IMG/VR virus record: IMGVR_UViG_3300022752_000071 | Location: 1-61,365 of that record | DNA: 61,365 nt | Source of the DNA: a virus | Taxonomy: Duplodnaviria > Caudoviricetes | Reading direction: 5' to 3' (one strand) | Shown: one piece after another, positions 38,263 to 47,773 of the stretch | How positions within the stretch are numbered: position 1 is the stretch's first letter | Layout of the letters: each line of letters begins with the position of its first letter | The notes under the pieces: model-generated | Seen by the model: the letters and a program-made list of their open reading frames with translations, nothing else | Told to the model about the DNA's origin: nothing | Databases searched by the model: none | Position numbers and translations under genes: made by a program

Positions 38263-39072
38263 ATGGCGATCACCGAACTGAAAACCGATACGCTTTCTGC
38301 TTTTACGGTTAACACCGCTGGAGCAAATGTTCTTGGCGGCAATCTCGTTGTTTCGGACACTGGTGGCATCGTCGTTACTGGCAGCGGCGGGGTGACTACA
38401 ACTGGACTTATCGTCAACAATTCCGCGCAAGTTTCAGGCAATCTCAGTGTTACTGGCACGACGCCTTTCCGAAAGGTGCGCGCGGTCGTTACTGCGAATG
38501 TCGCGGATCTGGCAGCGTTCAACGTCAGCACGAACACAGACGGAGTGACGCTTGTCGCAAACGACATCGTTTTGCTGGTTGCCCAATCGACGGCTGCACT
38601 AAACGGCCCGTACGTCGTGGGCACTGTCGTGTCGGGTAGCGCGCCGCTCACTCGCCCGACTTGGTTCCCTTCGACAACGATTTTTCCTACCGGATTCACG
38701 CTGCAAGTCGGTGGAGAAGGCAACACGTTCAAAAACACGACGTGGAAAGCCATGAAGGCAGCCACAAGTTTCACCGTCGGTGCCACCGACGGGGAGTTCT
38801 ACCCGCTAGTCGTTTCCGGTTCGGCGGCGCTTAGTTCTGGGACTGCGACAATCACTTCGGTGCCTCTTCGTTCTACGACGTCGAATGTCGTGATCACGCG
38901 AATCGGTGCAGGCACTAGCGCATCTAGCACCATCATGTACGTGTTGAATGCTGCGCCTACGGCGGGGCCTATCGGCACGGCGACTTTCACCATTCGCTCG
39001 GCTCTTTCGTCGGGAAGCGTCAACACCAGCGACACTTCCACGCTTCGTTGGACCGTAATCAATCAGCCGTGA
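38263..39072 (+). CDS. Putative tail fibre protein
   Basis: TAN...DGVTL...D.VL...Q....NG.YVV....LTR fibre-type motif. Confidence 0.65.
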   Translation: MAITELKTDTLSAFTVNTAGANVLGGNLVVSDTGGIVVTGSGGVTTTGLIVNNSAQVSGNLSVTGTTPFRKVRAVVTANVADLAAFNVSTNTDGVTLVANDIVLLVAQSTAALNGPYVVGTVVSGSAPLTRPTWFPSTTIFPTGFTLQVGGEGNTFKNTTWKAMKAATSFTVGATDGEFYPLVVSGSAALSSGTATITSVPLRSTTSNVVITRIGAGTSASSTIMYVLNAAPTAGPIGTATFTIRSALSSGSVNTSDTSTLRWTVINQP

Positions 39073-39079
39073 GTTCATA

Positions 39080-39460
39080 ATGGCATCTATCGTTCAACAC
39101 ACTCCTTCCGCTCCGCAGCACATCCCGGTCAGCACCTACAACTCGAACGGGCTGCTCGACGGCGAAGCCGTCAGCACGACGCCCGTCATCGTGAAGGAAG
39201 TGCGCGTGTCGAACGCCAGCGGCGCTACGCGGTACATCCAGCTTTTCGACGCAACCGCGCTCCCGGCGGACGGCGCGGTTCCGTCGATGCTGCCGGTCGT
39301 CATCATCAACGGCGCGGTCGTCTCCATCGCTTTCCCTGAAGGTCGGCTCTTCGGCACCGGGCTTTGCTGGTGCTCGTCGTCAACGCAAGTCACCAAGACG
39401 ATTGGCGGCGCGACCGACTTCTGGGTCGAGGTTGACTACGTCAAGCAAGGGAGCACCTGA
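39080..39460 (+). CDS. Hypothetical virion protein
   Basis: Beta-rich ORF. Confidence 0.65.
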   Translation: MASIVQHTPSAPQHIPVSTYNSNGLLDGEAVSTTPVIVKEVRVSNASGATRYIQLFDATALPADGAVPSMLPVVIINGAVVSIAFPEGRLFGTGLCWCSSSTQVTKTIGGATDFWVEVDYVKQGST

Positions 39461-39463
39461 CCC

Positions 39464-41080
39464 ATGCCGATTACGCAACTCTCGGGACCGGCTGTCGCCA
39501 TCGACGGCGGCGTGTCGCTCGGCGCACCGCTGACTATCGGCACGAACGACGCGCAGCCGCTCATCTTTGAGACGAGCGGCACCGAACGCGCTCGTTTTAC
39601 TCCGACCGGCGAACTCATCGTCATTGGTCCGATCGTCACCATCAACTCGACGGTCGTCGACATCACCGACCGTGTCTTCACGGTCAACAAGAGCGCGGGG
39701 GCGAACGACCCGGTGCCGTCGCTCATGACTGGCCTCTCGGTCTACCGTGGCGCTGTCATGGGCGTTGCCCGCGACAAGTCGGTCGTCATCTGGGACGAGC
39801 CGAACTCGCGGTGGAACTTCTGTTTGAACACGGGCGGTGACGAGATCGCCATCGGCGCAGACCAGAACGTCAAGCTTGCCTCGCTGCTCGCCAGCAACGA
39901 GATGAAACTCCTGACGAACGCGAAGGCGCTCATCGGGCGGAACTTCGCAAACAGCGCGGACATTGAAATCGTTCAGGTCAACGCGAGCGACGAAGTCAAC
40001 ATCGCGGCGGGTGGCGCGAACATCACGTTTGGTGGCGGCTCGTTCCGGTGGGAGGGCGACGCCAACCGCACTCTGACGCTGCACGCTCACGGCACGGGCA
40101 GTGCGGAATTGCACACGCAGACCGGCACGCTCTCTCTGGAGACGACGACCGGCGCGATTGAAATTGCCACCACGAACCACAGCCGTTCGGTCAGTATCGC
40201 GACCGGCGGCGGTGCCGCGCAACAATCCGTCACCGTCGGTAGTCCTGCCGGCGCGTCGTCACTTACGCTGGACGCTGGTACGGGTGCTATTGGCATCGGC
40301 ACAAGTGCATCAGCGCGGGCGGTCAACATCGCTACGGGCACGGCGGAGCAGACGGTGGCGATCGGCTCCTCGACGGGCGCGTCGTCGCTCTCGCTGTACG
40401 CAGGCTCGCAGCCTATCAGCTTGAACGGCAGCACGTACGTTCGCGATGCTACGACCGGCCCCGGCACACAAGGGCTATACGTCGTCGACAGCAGCGGCAA
40501 CGGACTTCGTATTCGCCAGAATAGCGCATCGCAGACGTACTTTTTCCCGGTCGGGAGCGGCACCACGTTCGTTCTAGGCGCAACCGGCGGCTTGGTTACG
40601 CAAGGGCGAATCCTTCCGTTTTCTGACGGGTCTCTTGACCTTGGTGCGACCGGGCAGCGGTTTCGCGACGTGTACGACTCCCGCACGCTCCATAAAACGC
40701 ACGCCGCTTTCGCGGGCTCTGAATTTGTGGTGGCTACGGGCGCTGTTCAAACCACGACCGCAGCGATTACGACCGTTTTCACCTTGGCCATTCCCGATAA
40801 CTCTATGGTCGGCCTTGAGGTTTCGGTTGTCGCACGCGCCACGGGCAGCGCCGACCGCGCGCAGTACACGCTTCGCGCAGGCGTTTTTCGGCAGGCTGGC
40901 GGTGCGGCCACGGTTCTCGGCTCGGTGGCGCAAACCACCAACGAAAGCGCGGGCGCAGCCGCGTGGGACGCAACCATTACGGTGAGCGGGAACAACGCAC
41001 TTGTGCAAGTTACCGGCGCAGCCACCACGATTAACTGGGCCTGCAACGTCCGTCATCAGGCCGTGATCGGCAACGCATAA
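39464..41080 (+). CDS. Tail fibre / receptor-binding protein
   Basis: IGT.D.QPL.F.T.G.ER.R, beta repeats, DLG....RF. Confidence 0.7.
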   Translation: MPITQLSGPAVAIDGGVSLGAPLTIGTNDAQPLIFETSGTERARFTPTGELIVIGPIVTINSTVVDITDRVFTVNKSAGANDPVPSLMTGLSVYRGAVMGVARDKSVVIWDEPNSRWNFCLNTGGDEIAIGADQNVKLASLLASNEMKLLTNAKALIGRNFANSADIEIVQVNASDEVNIAAGGANITFGGGSFRWEGDANRTLTLHAHGTGSAELHTQTGTLSLETTTGAIEIATTNHSRSVSIATGGGAAQQSVTVGSPAGASSLTLDAGTGAIGIGTSASARAVNIATGTAEQTVAIGSSTGASSLSLYAGSQPISLNGSTYVRDATTGPGTQGLYVVDSSGNGLRIRQNSASQTYFFPVGSGTTFVLGATGGLVTQGRILPFSDGSLDLGATGQRFRDVYDSRTLHKTHAAFAGSEFVVATGAVQTTTAAITTVFTLAIPDNSMVGLEVSVVARATGSADRAQYTLRAGVFRQAGGAATVLGSVAQTTNESAGAAAWDATITVSGNNALVQVTGAATTINWACNVRHQAVIGNA

Positions 41081-41088
41081 AGGACCAC

Positions 41089-42219
41089 ATGCCCACCATT
41101 GAAATTCAAGAAAACGCGACCGGCAATTCCGTCGTTGTCAATGGCAGCCAGCGGCTCGCGGTATCCAATTCTGGCGTCGAAATCGGCGCAGCTACTACGG
41201 GCATCGCCGTAGCTTGTCGTTTTGGTTCGGGCGGCATGCTGTTCACGAACGCCGCCGAAACGAGCAACACGCCCGTCGGCGTTCGTTTCACCGCTGCGTC
41301 GCACACGGGACTCGCGAACGCAGAACTCGTTGAAGTGGACTTCAACTTGAATCGCTCGGTGGCATTCGCTGGGGGCGGGGCGGCTATTGCCAACCAGCGA
41401 GCCGTCCGAATCCAGGCACCGACATACACAGCGGCCTCGGCGCAGACCATCACTACGGCGGCAACGCTTGATGTATCTGGACCGCCCGTCGCTGGAGCGA
41501 ACGTCACGATCTCTTCTTTCGGGGTCAATACCGGCGCGTTTGCCGCGCGTTTCGGCGGCAAGGTTCGCCTTGACGATGCGCTTGCTATCCGCTCATCGAC
41601 GAACGACGGGCTGTTCATTACCGACGCCAGCGGTAACGGCATGTCGCTTCAGAAGCAGAGCAACACTCGCTGGTACTGGTTTCCGCAAGGACTGGCCACG
41701 ACGTGGCAGCAGTTTTTCATCCAAGAGATGTTCGCCAATATAACGGCGGGCAATGACACGCAGTACACCATCGGTACGGAAACGGCTCGCTTCTCCACCA
41801 TTTCCGTAACGCAGACTGCTGTTAAGTCCCACAACTCGTTCAGCGGCTCGCGCACGTTTGAGGCGACAGGCGCGGTGACGACGGCGACTAACGCCACGAC
41901 GACGGTCTTCGCGTCGCCCGCGCTGATTGACAATAGCGGCACTTGGGTGGAAGTGCATGTCGTCGGGCGAGCCACGGGGACCGCCGACCGCGCAATGGCT
42001 GTTCGTCGCGCGCTCATCACGCGGCAGGCGGGCGGCGGCGCTGCTTTGGTTGGTACATTTGAAGCGCCTTACACGAACAACACGCCCGGTTGGGGTGTAA
42101 CGAATTTGTGCTCAATCGGCGTCTCGGGAAACACGTTCGTCGTACAGGTCGAAGGTGCGGCGACGACCATCAATTGGACCTGCACCGTTCGCTACCAAAG
42201 CGTTTCGGGCGCGGCGTGA
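41089..42219 (+). CDS. Tail fibre / receptor-binding protein, paralogous C-terminus
   Basis: C-terminal ~200 aa aligns by eye with previous gene. Confidence 0.7.
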   Translation: MPTIEIQENATGNSVVVNGSQRLAVSNSGVEIGAATTGIAVACRFGSGGMLFTNAAETSNTPVGVRFTAASHTGLANAELVEVDFNLNRSVAFAGGGAAIANQRAVRIQAPTYTAASAQTITTAATLDVSGPPVAGANVTISSFGVNTGAFAARFGGKVRLDDALAIRSSTNDGLFITDASGNGMSLQKQSNTRWYWFPQGLATTWQQFFIQEMFANITAGNDTQYTIGTETARFSTISVTQTAVKSHNSFSGSRTFEATGAVTTATNATTTVFASPALIDNSGTWVEVHVVGRATGTADRAMAVRRALITRQAGGGAALVGTFEAPYTNNTPGWGVTNLCSIGVSGNTFVVQVEGAATTINWTCTVRYQSVSGAA

Positions 42220-42237
42220 TGTGATAGGATACCCGGC

Positions 42238-42540
42238 ATGTCTGACGTTACGGAGATCCCCATCACCGACGAAGCCCTCGTGGAAGAGCTTCAAAAACTG
42301 CAAGCGCAACTCGCGCAGCTTCAGAACCAGACAATGGAACTGGTTCTGAAGCTCGCCGCGTTCGGCGCGCTCCCAACGTCGCTTCAGCAAGCGGCGCAGA
42401 AGACCGTCGAAGTGCTCAAGGCGCGAGAAGACAAGGTCAAGAAGCACGCGGCGCTGGCCGGTGTTGACCTCGACTCGCCCGACCATGTCGGCAAGTGGGC
42501 GTGGTCTACCGAAGACAACATGCTGCGGAAGGTGCGCTGA
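42238..42540 (+). CDS. Coiled-coil hypothetical protein
   Basis: Heptad pattern; follows fibres. Confidence 0.65.
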   Translation: MSDVTEIPITDEALVEELQKLQAQLAQLQNQTMELVLKLAAFGALPTSLQQAAQKTVEVLKAREDKVKKHAALAGVDLDSPDHVGKWAWSTEDNMLRKVR

Positions 42541-42541
42541 C

Positions 42542-42907
42542 ATGGCCGCGCGCGGAGTATCGAAGGATTTGCGAGAGTTGCTGGACGACAAGTTCACTCA
42601 ACACGAGCATCGCTCCGCGCTCGCCATCAACGAGCTTAAGGGCGAGATCGTCGCCTACATTCACGAGCAAGAGAAGGCCGCGCAGGAACGGCACAATCAG
42701 ACGCTCGGGGTGCTGTCCGCGCACGGCTCGCGGCTTGACTTGCACGAGCTTCGTATCGGCAAGGTCGAGTCCGCCGCGCTCGACTTGGTGAACGAGCGCA
42801 AGGCTTCGGCGGGAGATGTCAAGCGGTGGCTGCTTGGCATCGCCGCGTCGTTCGTCATGGCGCTTTTTGGCGCGCTCGTCACGATGGCTTTGCGAGGTGG
42901 CAAATGA
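42542..42907 (+). CDS. Coiled-coil protein with C-terminal TM (lysis cassette)
   Basis: WLLGIAASFVMALFGALVTMAL. Confidence 0.65.
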   Translation: MAARGVSKDLRELLDDKFTQHEHRSALAINELKGEIVAYIHEQEKAAQERHNQTLGVLSAHGSRLDLHELRIGKVESAALDLVNERKASAGDVKRWLLGIAASFVMALFGALVTMALRGGK

Positions 42908-43125
42908 AGAAGACGAATTGGAAAGCGTGGGCTTCGGTGGCTCTTTCGACGTTCGCGGGCGCGGCGCTCGCGTTTTTCTCCATGCCCCACGAGGGCAAGG
43001 GCACGAAGGAGCTTCTGCTTGGGGCGGCGCTCGCCGGCCTGTCGGCTGTGGCGCACTTGCTCCAGAAGCCGCAGATCACCATCGCTGACCCGCCCGCCGA
43101 TGCCCCGAAAGACGGTGCGGCGTGA
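42904..43125 (+). CDS. Putative holin
   Basis: 73 aa, two TM segments, GAGGT RBS. Confidence 0.6.
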   Translation: MKKTNWKAWASVALSTFAGAALAFFSMPHEGKGTKELLLGAALAGLSAVAHLLQKPQITIADPPADAPKDGAA

Positions 43126-43334
43126 ACGACTCGAACGGGCTTGCCCCGCTCTTGGCGCTCATGGCGTTCGCCGGGCCAATGTGCCCGCCAGCGGATACGC
43201 CCGATCGTGTCGCGCGCTGTAAGTCGCTTTATGACAACTGCGTCGATGTCTCTCAATCACAGAAAGAGTACGTCGAATGCCGCGCCGCGGTGGACGCGCA
43301 GTGCCTTGACACCGTGACGGAGGAACGACCATGA
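43122..43334 (+). CDS. Small Cys-rich exported protein
   Basis: Hydrophobic leader; 5 Cys. Confidence 0.55.
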   Translation: MNDSNGLAPLLALMAFAGPMCPPADTPDRVARCKSLYDNCVDVSQSQKEYVECRAAVDAQCLDTVTEERP

Positions 43335-43693
43335 ACATCGTCGCCGTGCTCGGCCTCATCGACTTGACCATTCGGAAGATCGATCAGGCAGTCGAACAGC
43401 AAAGGGTTGAAAAACTCCTGAAGATGAAGCAGCGGCTTCTGGAACGGCAGGCCATTCTTGACGCCCGTGCGGCAGCAGATGCCCGCGCCGCCGAGAAGTT
43501 CGCGCCGCCCGCCGCGCCCGTCGTCGAAGAACCGGCTGCTCCCGTCGTCGAAGAACCGGCTGCTCCCGTCGTCGAAGAACCGGCTGCTCCCGTTGTCGAA
43601 GAACCGGCTGCTCCCGTTGTCGAAGAACCGGCTGCTCCCGTCGTCGAAGAACCGGCTGCTCCCGTCGTTGAGGAAGAGCCCGCCGCCGGCTAG
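43331..43693 (+). CDS. Hypothetical protein with (PAAPVVEE)7 tail
   Basis: GGAGGA RBS; 24-bp tandem repeat at about 43508-43680. Confidence 0.7.
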   Translation: MNIVAVLGLIDLTIRKIDQAVEQQRVEKLLKMKQRLLERQAILDARAAADARAAEKFAPPAAPVVEEPAAPVVEEPAAPVVEEPAAPVVEEPAAPVVEEPAAPVVEEPAAPVVEEEPAAG

Positions 43694-43756
43694 TGTGACT
43701 TACTCGTCACACCAAACTTGACCTTAGCGGGCTGAACGTGGTGAGGTATCCGAACC

Positions 43757-44317
43757 ATGCTCGGCCCGTTTCTCGTTTCGTACGTGCTCGCGTCCTGCCC
43801 GGACGACATGGTGTTTGCGAGCAGTCGGTCGTGTATCGATCGCTTCGCTTGGCCGAACGACCCTGAGTCACGCCCGGTGCTCGGGCTGTCCGCGCAGCGC
43901 GAGACATATCTCGACTTGCGTGGCCAGATTTGGGACTTGGAGACGCTCTGCGCGTCGCGCGGCAAACGAGTCTGCACCAGCCGCGAATGGCGCGCGGCCT
44001 GCGAAGGCACTTCGCGAGAGACTTGCCCGGCGCTCGTTTCGTACCGGGCACCGCGATGGGAACGAGTTCAACGACGCGATCCGTTTGAGTTGGCGCGGCT
44101 CGACCAGCAACAAGACGCTGTCGCGTACCCGAATTGCGTTGGAGCGACCGGGGCACGGATGATGGGAACCATTCAGGAATGGGTCCGCCATCGGCGAGGC
44201 TACGCCTTTTCCCGCGCGTTCTGGTCGCGAGAGGCGTCTTGCCAACAACTCACCACTTCGCATGATCCTCGATGGCATGACTACGCCACCGGCGGACGGT
44301 GCTGCTTGGACTTATGA
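43757..44317 (+). CDS. FGE-sulfatase (SUMF1-like) fold protein
   Basis: CP.DMV, CIDR..WPN, C..RGKR.CT..EW..AC.G, M.G...EWV, G.RCC. Confidence 0.75.
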   Translation: MLGPFLVSYVLASCPDDMVFASSRSCIDRFAWPNDPESRPVLGLSAQRETYLDLRGQIWDLETLCASRGKRVCTSREWRAACEGTSRETCPALVSYRAPRWERVQRRDPFELARLDQQQDAVAYPNCVGATGARMMGTIQEWVRHRRGYAFSRAFWSREASCQQLTTSHDPRWHDYATGGRCCLDL

Positions 44318-44424
44318 ACTGCGATTGCCCTAAGTGCCAAAACGAACGACCCGATCTCGGCAACACGGTAGGACTGGTCCTCATCGTCGCTGCTCTTATC
44401 GGGCTGTGTCTCGGAGCCCTATGA
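44314..44424 (+). CDS. 36-aa membrane peptide (not in ORF track)
   Basis: MNCDCPKC plus TM; ATGA overlaps at both ends. Confidence 0.55.
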   Translation: MNCDCPKCQNERPDLGNTVGLVLIVAALIGLCLGAL

Positions 44425-45047
44425 ACGCAACGAAACTCTTCACGCTGCTCGCGCAACTGGCGTTAGTCGAAACGCCTTTGCTGCACGACGGCACCCCCAA
44501 GAACAACAAGTACCTCGAATCCGTCCACACGATGGCGAACTTGTATGTCGAGGTCGGCAGCGCCGGCAGCTTCATCTCGCCGGAAATCGACCCGCTGGTG
44601 CTCGCGGCCATTGGCTACGAGGAAAGCCGGCATCGCGTGCGCGTCAACGACGGAGACTGCCGCTACGACTACCGCGCGCAGGATACCCGCTGCTGGTCCA
44701 TCGGGCCGATGCAGCTATCCCGCGCGACGCCGCGATGGTGGAAACAGATTGAGCCGAACGATCCGCTGTCGGTCGAGCAACTCCGCGACCCGCAAACGAG
44801 CGTTCGCGTGGCGTACCGAATGCTGTCGTACTGGAAAGACTCCTGTCACGGCGACTTGACCGCGACGCTCTCGTCGTGGAGCGCCGGCAAGTGCTTGAAG
44901 AAAGCCGCGCTCGGGCAGCGGCGCTGCTCGCTCGTCAAAGCGTTCGCTGCGGCGTCTGGCTTGCCGGAGCCGGTTTGTACCGGGCATCGCGGCGAGTACA
45001 CTGTCGCACGAGTTTCAGCGATTACGCGAAAGGATGAAACGAAGTGA
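44421..45047 (+). CDS. Lytic transglycosylase (SLT-like)
   Basis: DP.VL.AI..EES, GPMQL, L.DP..SV..A..L. Confidence 0.8.
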   Translation: MNATKLFTLLAQLALVETPLLHDGTPKNNKYLESVHTMANLYVEVGSAGSFISPEIDPLVLAAIGYEESRHRVRVNDGDCRYDYRAQDTRCWSIGPMQLSRATPRWWKQIEPNDPLSVEQLRDPQTSVRVAYRMLSYWKDSCHGDLTATLSSWSAGKCLKKAALGQRRCSLVKAFAAASGLPEPVCTGHRGEYTVARVSAITRKDETK

Positions 45048-46453
45048 AAGCGCAGGCATGGCTTCAGGCGTTTCGTGACGGGCTGCTCGTCAACGATTGG
45101 GAGACGCTTCGCCTCGAAGCGAACGGGCGAGTGGCGATCTTGCGCGTCTCTGCTGACGCGGTTCGCATTCGTCGCGGGTGCGGCACCGTCCGCGAAACGG
45201 CTGGAGCCTATGCCTACCAGCAAGTCGCCGACTTGTTCGGCGCGCTGATGCCAACGGCGAAGATTCTGGAAGAACGGCATCGACAAGCGGCGATCAAAAT
45301 TGAGCCGATGGTCGCGCCGCTCATCAAGAAAGCCGGCACGGTCGGCACCGTCAACGCCACCGAAGCGAGCCTCGCCATCGACCGCGCTGTTCAGACGGCG
45401 ACGGTGGACCCGGCGCTGCCTCGCTTCGTCTCGAACGTCGGCAAGCAGTTCATCCTCGATCGCGGATGTACCGAGAAGGTGGCCGTCAACCACGGCTTCA
45501 TCGTCCACAGTTCGCAGTGCCGACAGGGCGCGTGGCGCGGCACGCGCGTTGTTCAAAGCTCGGCGCTCGGCCCCGATTGGTGGGTCATCCAGCGCCGCGG
45601 CATGGCGCACGGCTTCGGGCCGGCGGTTGACCAAGACGACTACAGCCAGATGGTGATCCTCGTCGACGACGTGTGCGAACTCGACGGCGTGGAGTTTCCG
45701 ACCGCCTCGCTCTACACCGATCCGCGACTCGCCCCGCTCGTCACCCACGACGGGCAACCGCTGCCCTGGTCGCGCCATCCTGGCGTACCGTCGCCGGTCG
45801 AAAAGCCCGCGGTCGCCGCGCCCCCTCCGGCAGAGCCGCCGCCATCGAACGGAACTTCCTTCATCCCGGCACAGAAGACTCCTGCCACCCCCGAAGAGGT
45901 CTACGCCGCGCTCGGTAAGGTCTGGCAAGACAAGTTCGGCCAGCCGGCAAAGAGGGAAAGCCTGCTCGTCTTGCTCGCTCAATGGGCGTTCGAGACCGGC
46001 CGGGGCAAGGCAATGTGGAACTTCAACTTGGGCAACCAGAAAGGGAAGCCAGACGGCTCCGATGGGCGATCGTGGACGTTCTTCGCCTGCAACGAACTGC
46101 TGCCCACCAAACACGCCAACGCGCTTTTCGCCAAGGCGGGGCCTCGACGCGACGGCGGTCCCGGCAACAACGTCGCCATCACGGCGGTGAAGGAAGACAC
46201 GGCAACGGTCTGGTTCTACCCCGACCATCCGGCGTGTTGTTTCCGTGCGTACCGAACGCTCGAAGAAGGCGCGGTGGACTATCTCAACTTGCTGCACAAG
46301 CGATTCGCCCTCGCTTGGCCTGCCGTCATTGCAGGCGACCCGGCACAATTCAGCAAGTTGCTGAAGCAGGCGCGGTACTACACCGCCGAAGAAAGCCACT
46401 ACACCAAGAGCCTGACTTCCATTTTCCTTGAGTTCGGCAAGAAAATCGCGTAG
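45044..46453 (+). CDS. Two-domain endolysin with C-terminal GH73/FlgJ-like glucosaminidase
   Basis: AQWA.ETG.G, N..N.KG, FRAY.TLEE...DY, YYT...Y. Confidence 0.75.
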   Translation: MKAQAWLQAFRDGLLVNDWETLRLEANGRVAILRVSADAVRIRRGCGTVRETAGAYAYQQVADLFGALMPTAKILEERHRQAAIKIEPMVAPLIKKAGTVGTVNATEASLAIDRAVQTATVDPALPRFVSNVGKQFILDRGCTEKVAVNHGFIVHSSQCRQGAWRGTRVVQSSALGPDWWVIQRRGMAHGFGPAVDQDDYSQMVILVDDVCELDGVEFPTASLYTDPRLAPLVTHDGQPLPWSRHPGVPSPVEKPAVAAPPPAEPPPSNGTSFIPAQKTPATPEEVYAALGKVWQDKFGQPAKRESLLVLLAQWAFETGRGKAMWNFNLGNQKGKPDGSDGRSWTFFACNELLPTKHANALFAKAGPRRDGGPGNNVAITAVKEDTATVWFYPDHPACCFRAYRTLEEGAVDYLNLLHKRFALAWPAVIAGDPAQFSKLLKQARYYTAEESHYTKSLTSIFLEFGKKIA

Positions 46454-46484
46454 GTAGGAAGCCTGGGGTTTTTCGTTGCAGGCG

Positions 46485-46516
46485 AGCCGCAGGGCAGAAA
46501 TGTCCTGCGGCTTTTT
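46485..46516 (+). terminator. Intrinsic terminator at convergence point
   Basis: agccgcagggca-GAAA-tgtcctgcggct-tttt. Confidence 0.85.
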
Positions 46517-46791
46517 CACATCAGCCGCGACACGCCGCTGTCTTTGTCAACGCGAACGGTTCGCGTCTCCCGCAACCGCTCCTGCGTAGCAGCGCAACGC
46601 ACTTCGATGCGATGAACGCGCGTGCCGTAGTCAAAATAGTCGATGCGGTCTTGCAGCAGTTCGGTCTCGACGGCCTCGAACACCGAAGCGCCATCAGCGA
46701 CGACCGTGCCGTACGGCTGGCCGTCCGCGATGACGGACCATTCGCGCGGCGCGTCGTTTTCGATGGCGGACCAAATCGCGTTTTCGCTCAT
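46516..46791 (-). CDS. Hypothetical protein
   Basis: Coupled small ORF. Confidence 0.6.
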   Translation of the reverse strand: MSENAIWSAIENDAPREWSVIADGQPYGTVVADGASVFEAVETELLQDRIDYFDYGTRVHRIEVRCAATQERLRETRTVRVDKDSGVSRLM

Positions 46792-47024
46792 GTGCGTCTA
46801 CTTAACCACACCTTGATGCGTTCGCGATACCTTTCGCACATTCGGCAAGGCGCGGCGGGTTCGCCGTTTCGCCGCTTGCGAAGTTTCGATCCGCTGATGG
46901 TGCGCTGCCAGCACACGCTACGCTCGGGGAAATCCTCGTCGAAAAGGTGCGCGGCACGCCGGCTTTCTTCGTCGGCGGGTTCCCACCAATGCAGTTTGGC
47001 GAGGCGTTCTTCAGCGGTGGGCAC
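46788..47024 (-). CDS. Hypothetical protein
   Basis: Coupled ORF with CxxC. Confidence 0.5.
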   Translation of the reverse strand: MPTAEERLAKLHWWEPADEESRRAAHLFDEDFPERSVCWQRTISGSKLRKRRNGEPAAPCRMCERYRERIKVWLSRRT

Positions 47025-47235
47025 TGCGAAATTCGGCTAGGCGGGCGCGGATTTTGGTGATGGTGGCGCTGCTGGCAAATCCATGAGGGCCGGCGATCGT
47101 TTTCAACGTCTCGGGATTGGCGTTCAGCAAGCGGCCAAGTTCCGCCCATGAGGTAGAAAGGCGGCGAAGCTCCTGCCGTTCGGCCTCGGTGAGCATGGCA
47201 GTCCGCCGAGTGGCTTGCGGCACGAGCCCCTTCAT
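47011..47235 (-). CDS. Small HTH-like protein
   Basis: SWAELGRLLNANPETL. Confidence 0.5.
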   Translation of the reverse strand: MKGLVPQATRRTAMLTEAERQELRRLSTSWAELGRLLNANPETLKTIAGPHGFASSATITKIRARLAEFRSAHR

Positions 47236-47543
47236 TTGGCGGCTCCCATGCGCGACACGCGGAGCAGGACGAGATAGCCAAGCAGGTCGAGCACCGTGTC
47301 ATCGCCGTTGAACTCTCTGCCGCGCGCAATGCGAGAGAGCTTGTCGTCGATGCGGACGAGGAGTTGCTCTTCGGCGTTCGCTCGGCTGAACACGCGCAGC
47401 GGCGCGGTGGCGCTGTCGCCATAGGCGGCGTTCTTCGCGAGCAGTAGCTCTTTCACCTCGTCGCAAACGACGGCGATGCGTTCTGCTGTGGTCTGTTCGA
47501 CGGCGTGCAAAGCTCGCGGGTTGTCGTAGTCGGTATGGGTCAT
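47232..47543 (-). CDS. Nucleotide-modification-associated (Nmad1/DUF1599-like) protein
   Basis: KN..YG.S, RI.DKL.RI, DT..DL.GY. Confidence 0.75.
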   Translation of the reverse strand: MTHTDYDNPRALHAVEQTTAERIAVVCDEVKELLLAKNAAYGDSATAPLRVFSRANAEEQLLVRIDDKLSRIARGREFNGDDTVLDLLGYLVLLRVSRMGAAK

Positions 47544-47764
47544 GGGGTTTCCTTGGGGACGATTTGTTCTTTGCGAGGAACAACAACGTGCGCGGTGTTG
47601 CCGTGCTGTTCGACGGAAGCCGCCTTTGCGTTGCAGCAAGGGCAATGGATCTGCACGAACTCAACCGGCGCGGCTTCGTGCCGGGCGTTTTCCGTTTCAG
47701 CGACCACTAGAATCGCGGGGCGGAACTGGGCAAGTGCGCCGGTATTGATGTGGATCTTGTTCAT
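47540..47764 (-). CDS. Hypothetical protein
   Basis: Coupled ORF. Confidence 0.5.
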   Translation of the reverse strand: MNKIHINTGALAQFRPAILVVAETENARHEAAPVEFVQIHCPCCNAKAASVEQHGNTAHVVVPRKEQIVPKETP

Positions 47765-47773
47765 GTCGGCAGT

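Noticed and set aside
43757-44317. Diversity-generating retroelement
   Set aside because: No reverse transcriptase and no template/variable repeat pair seen in the window.
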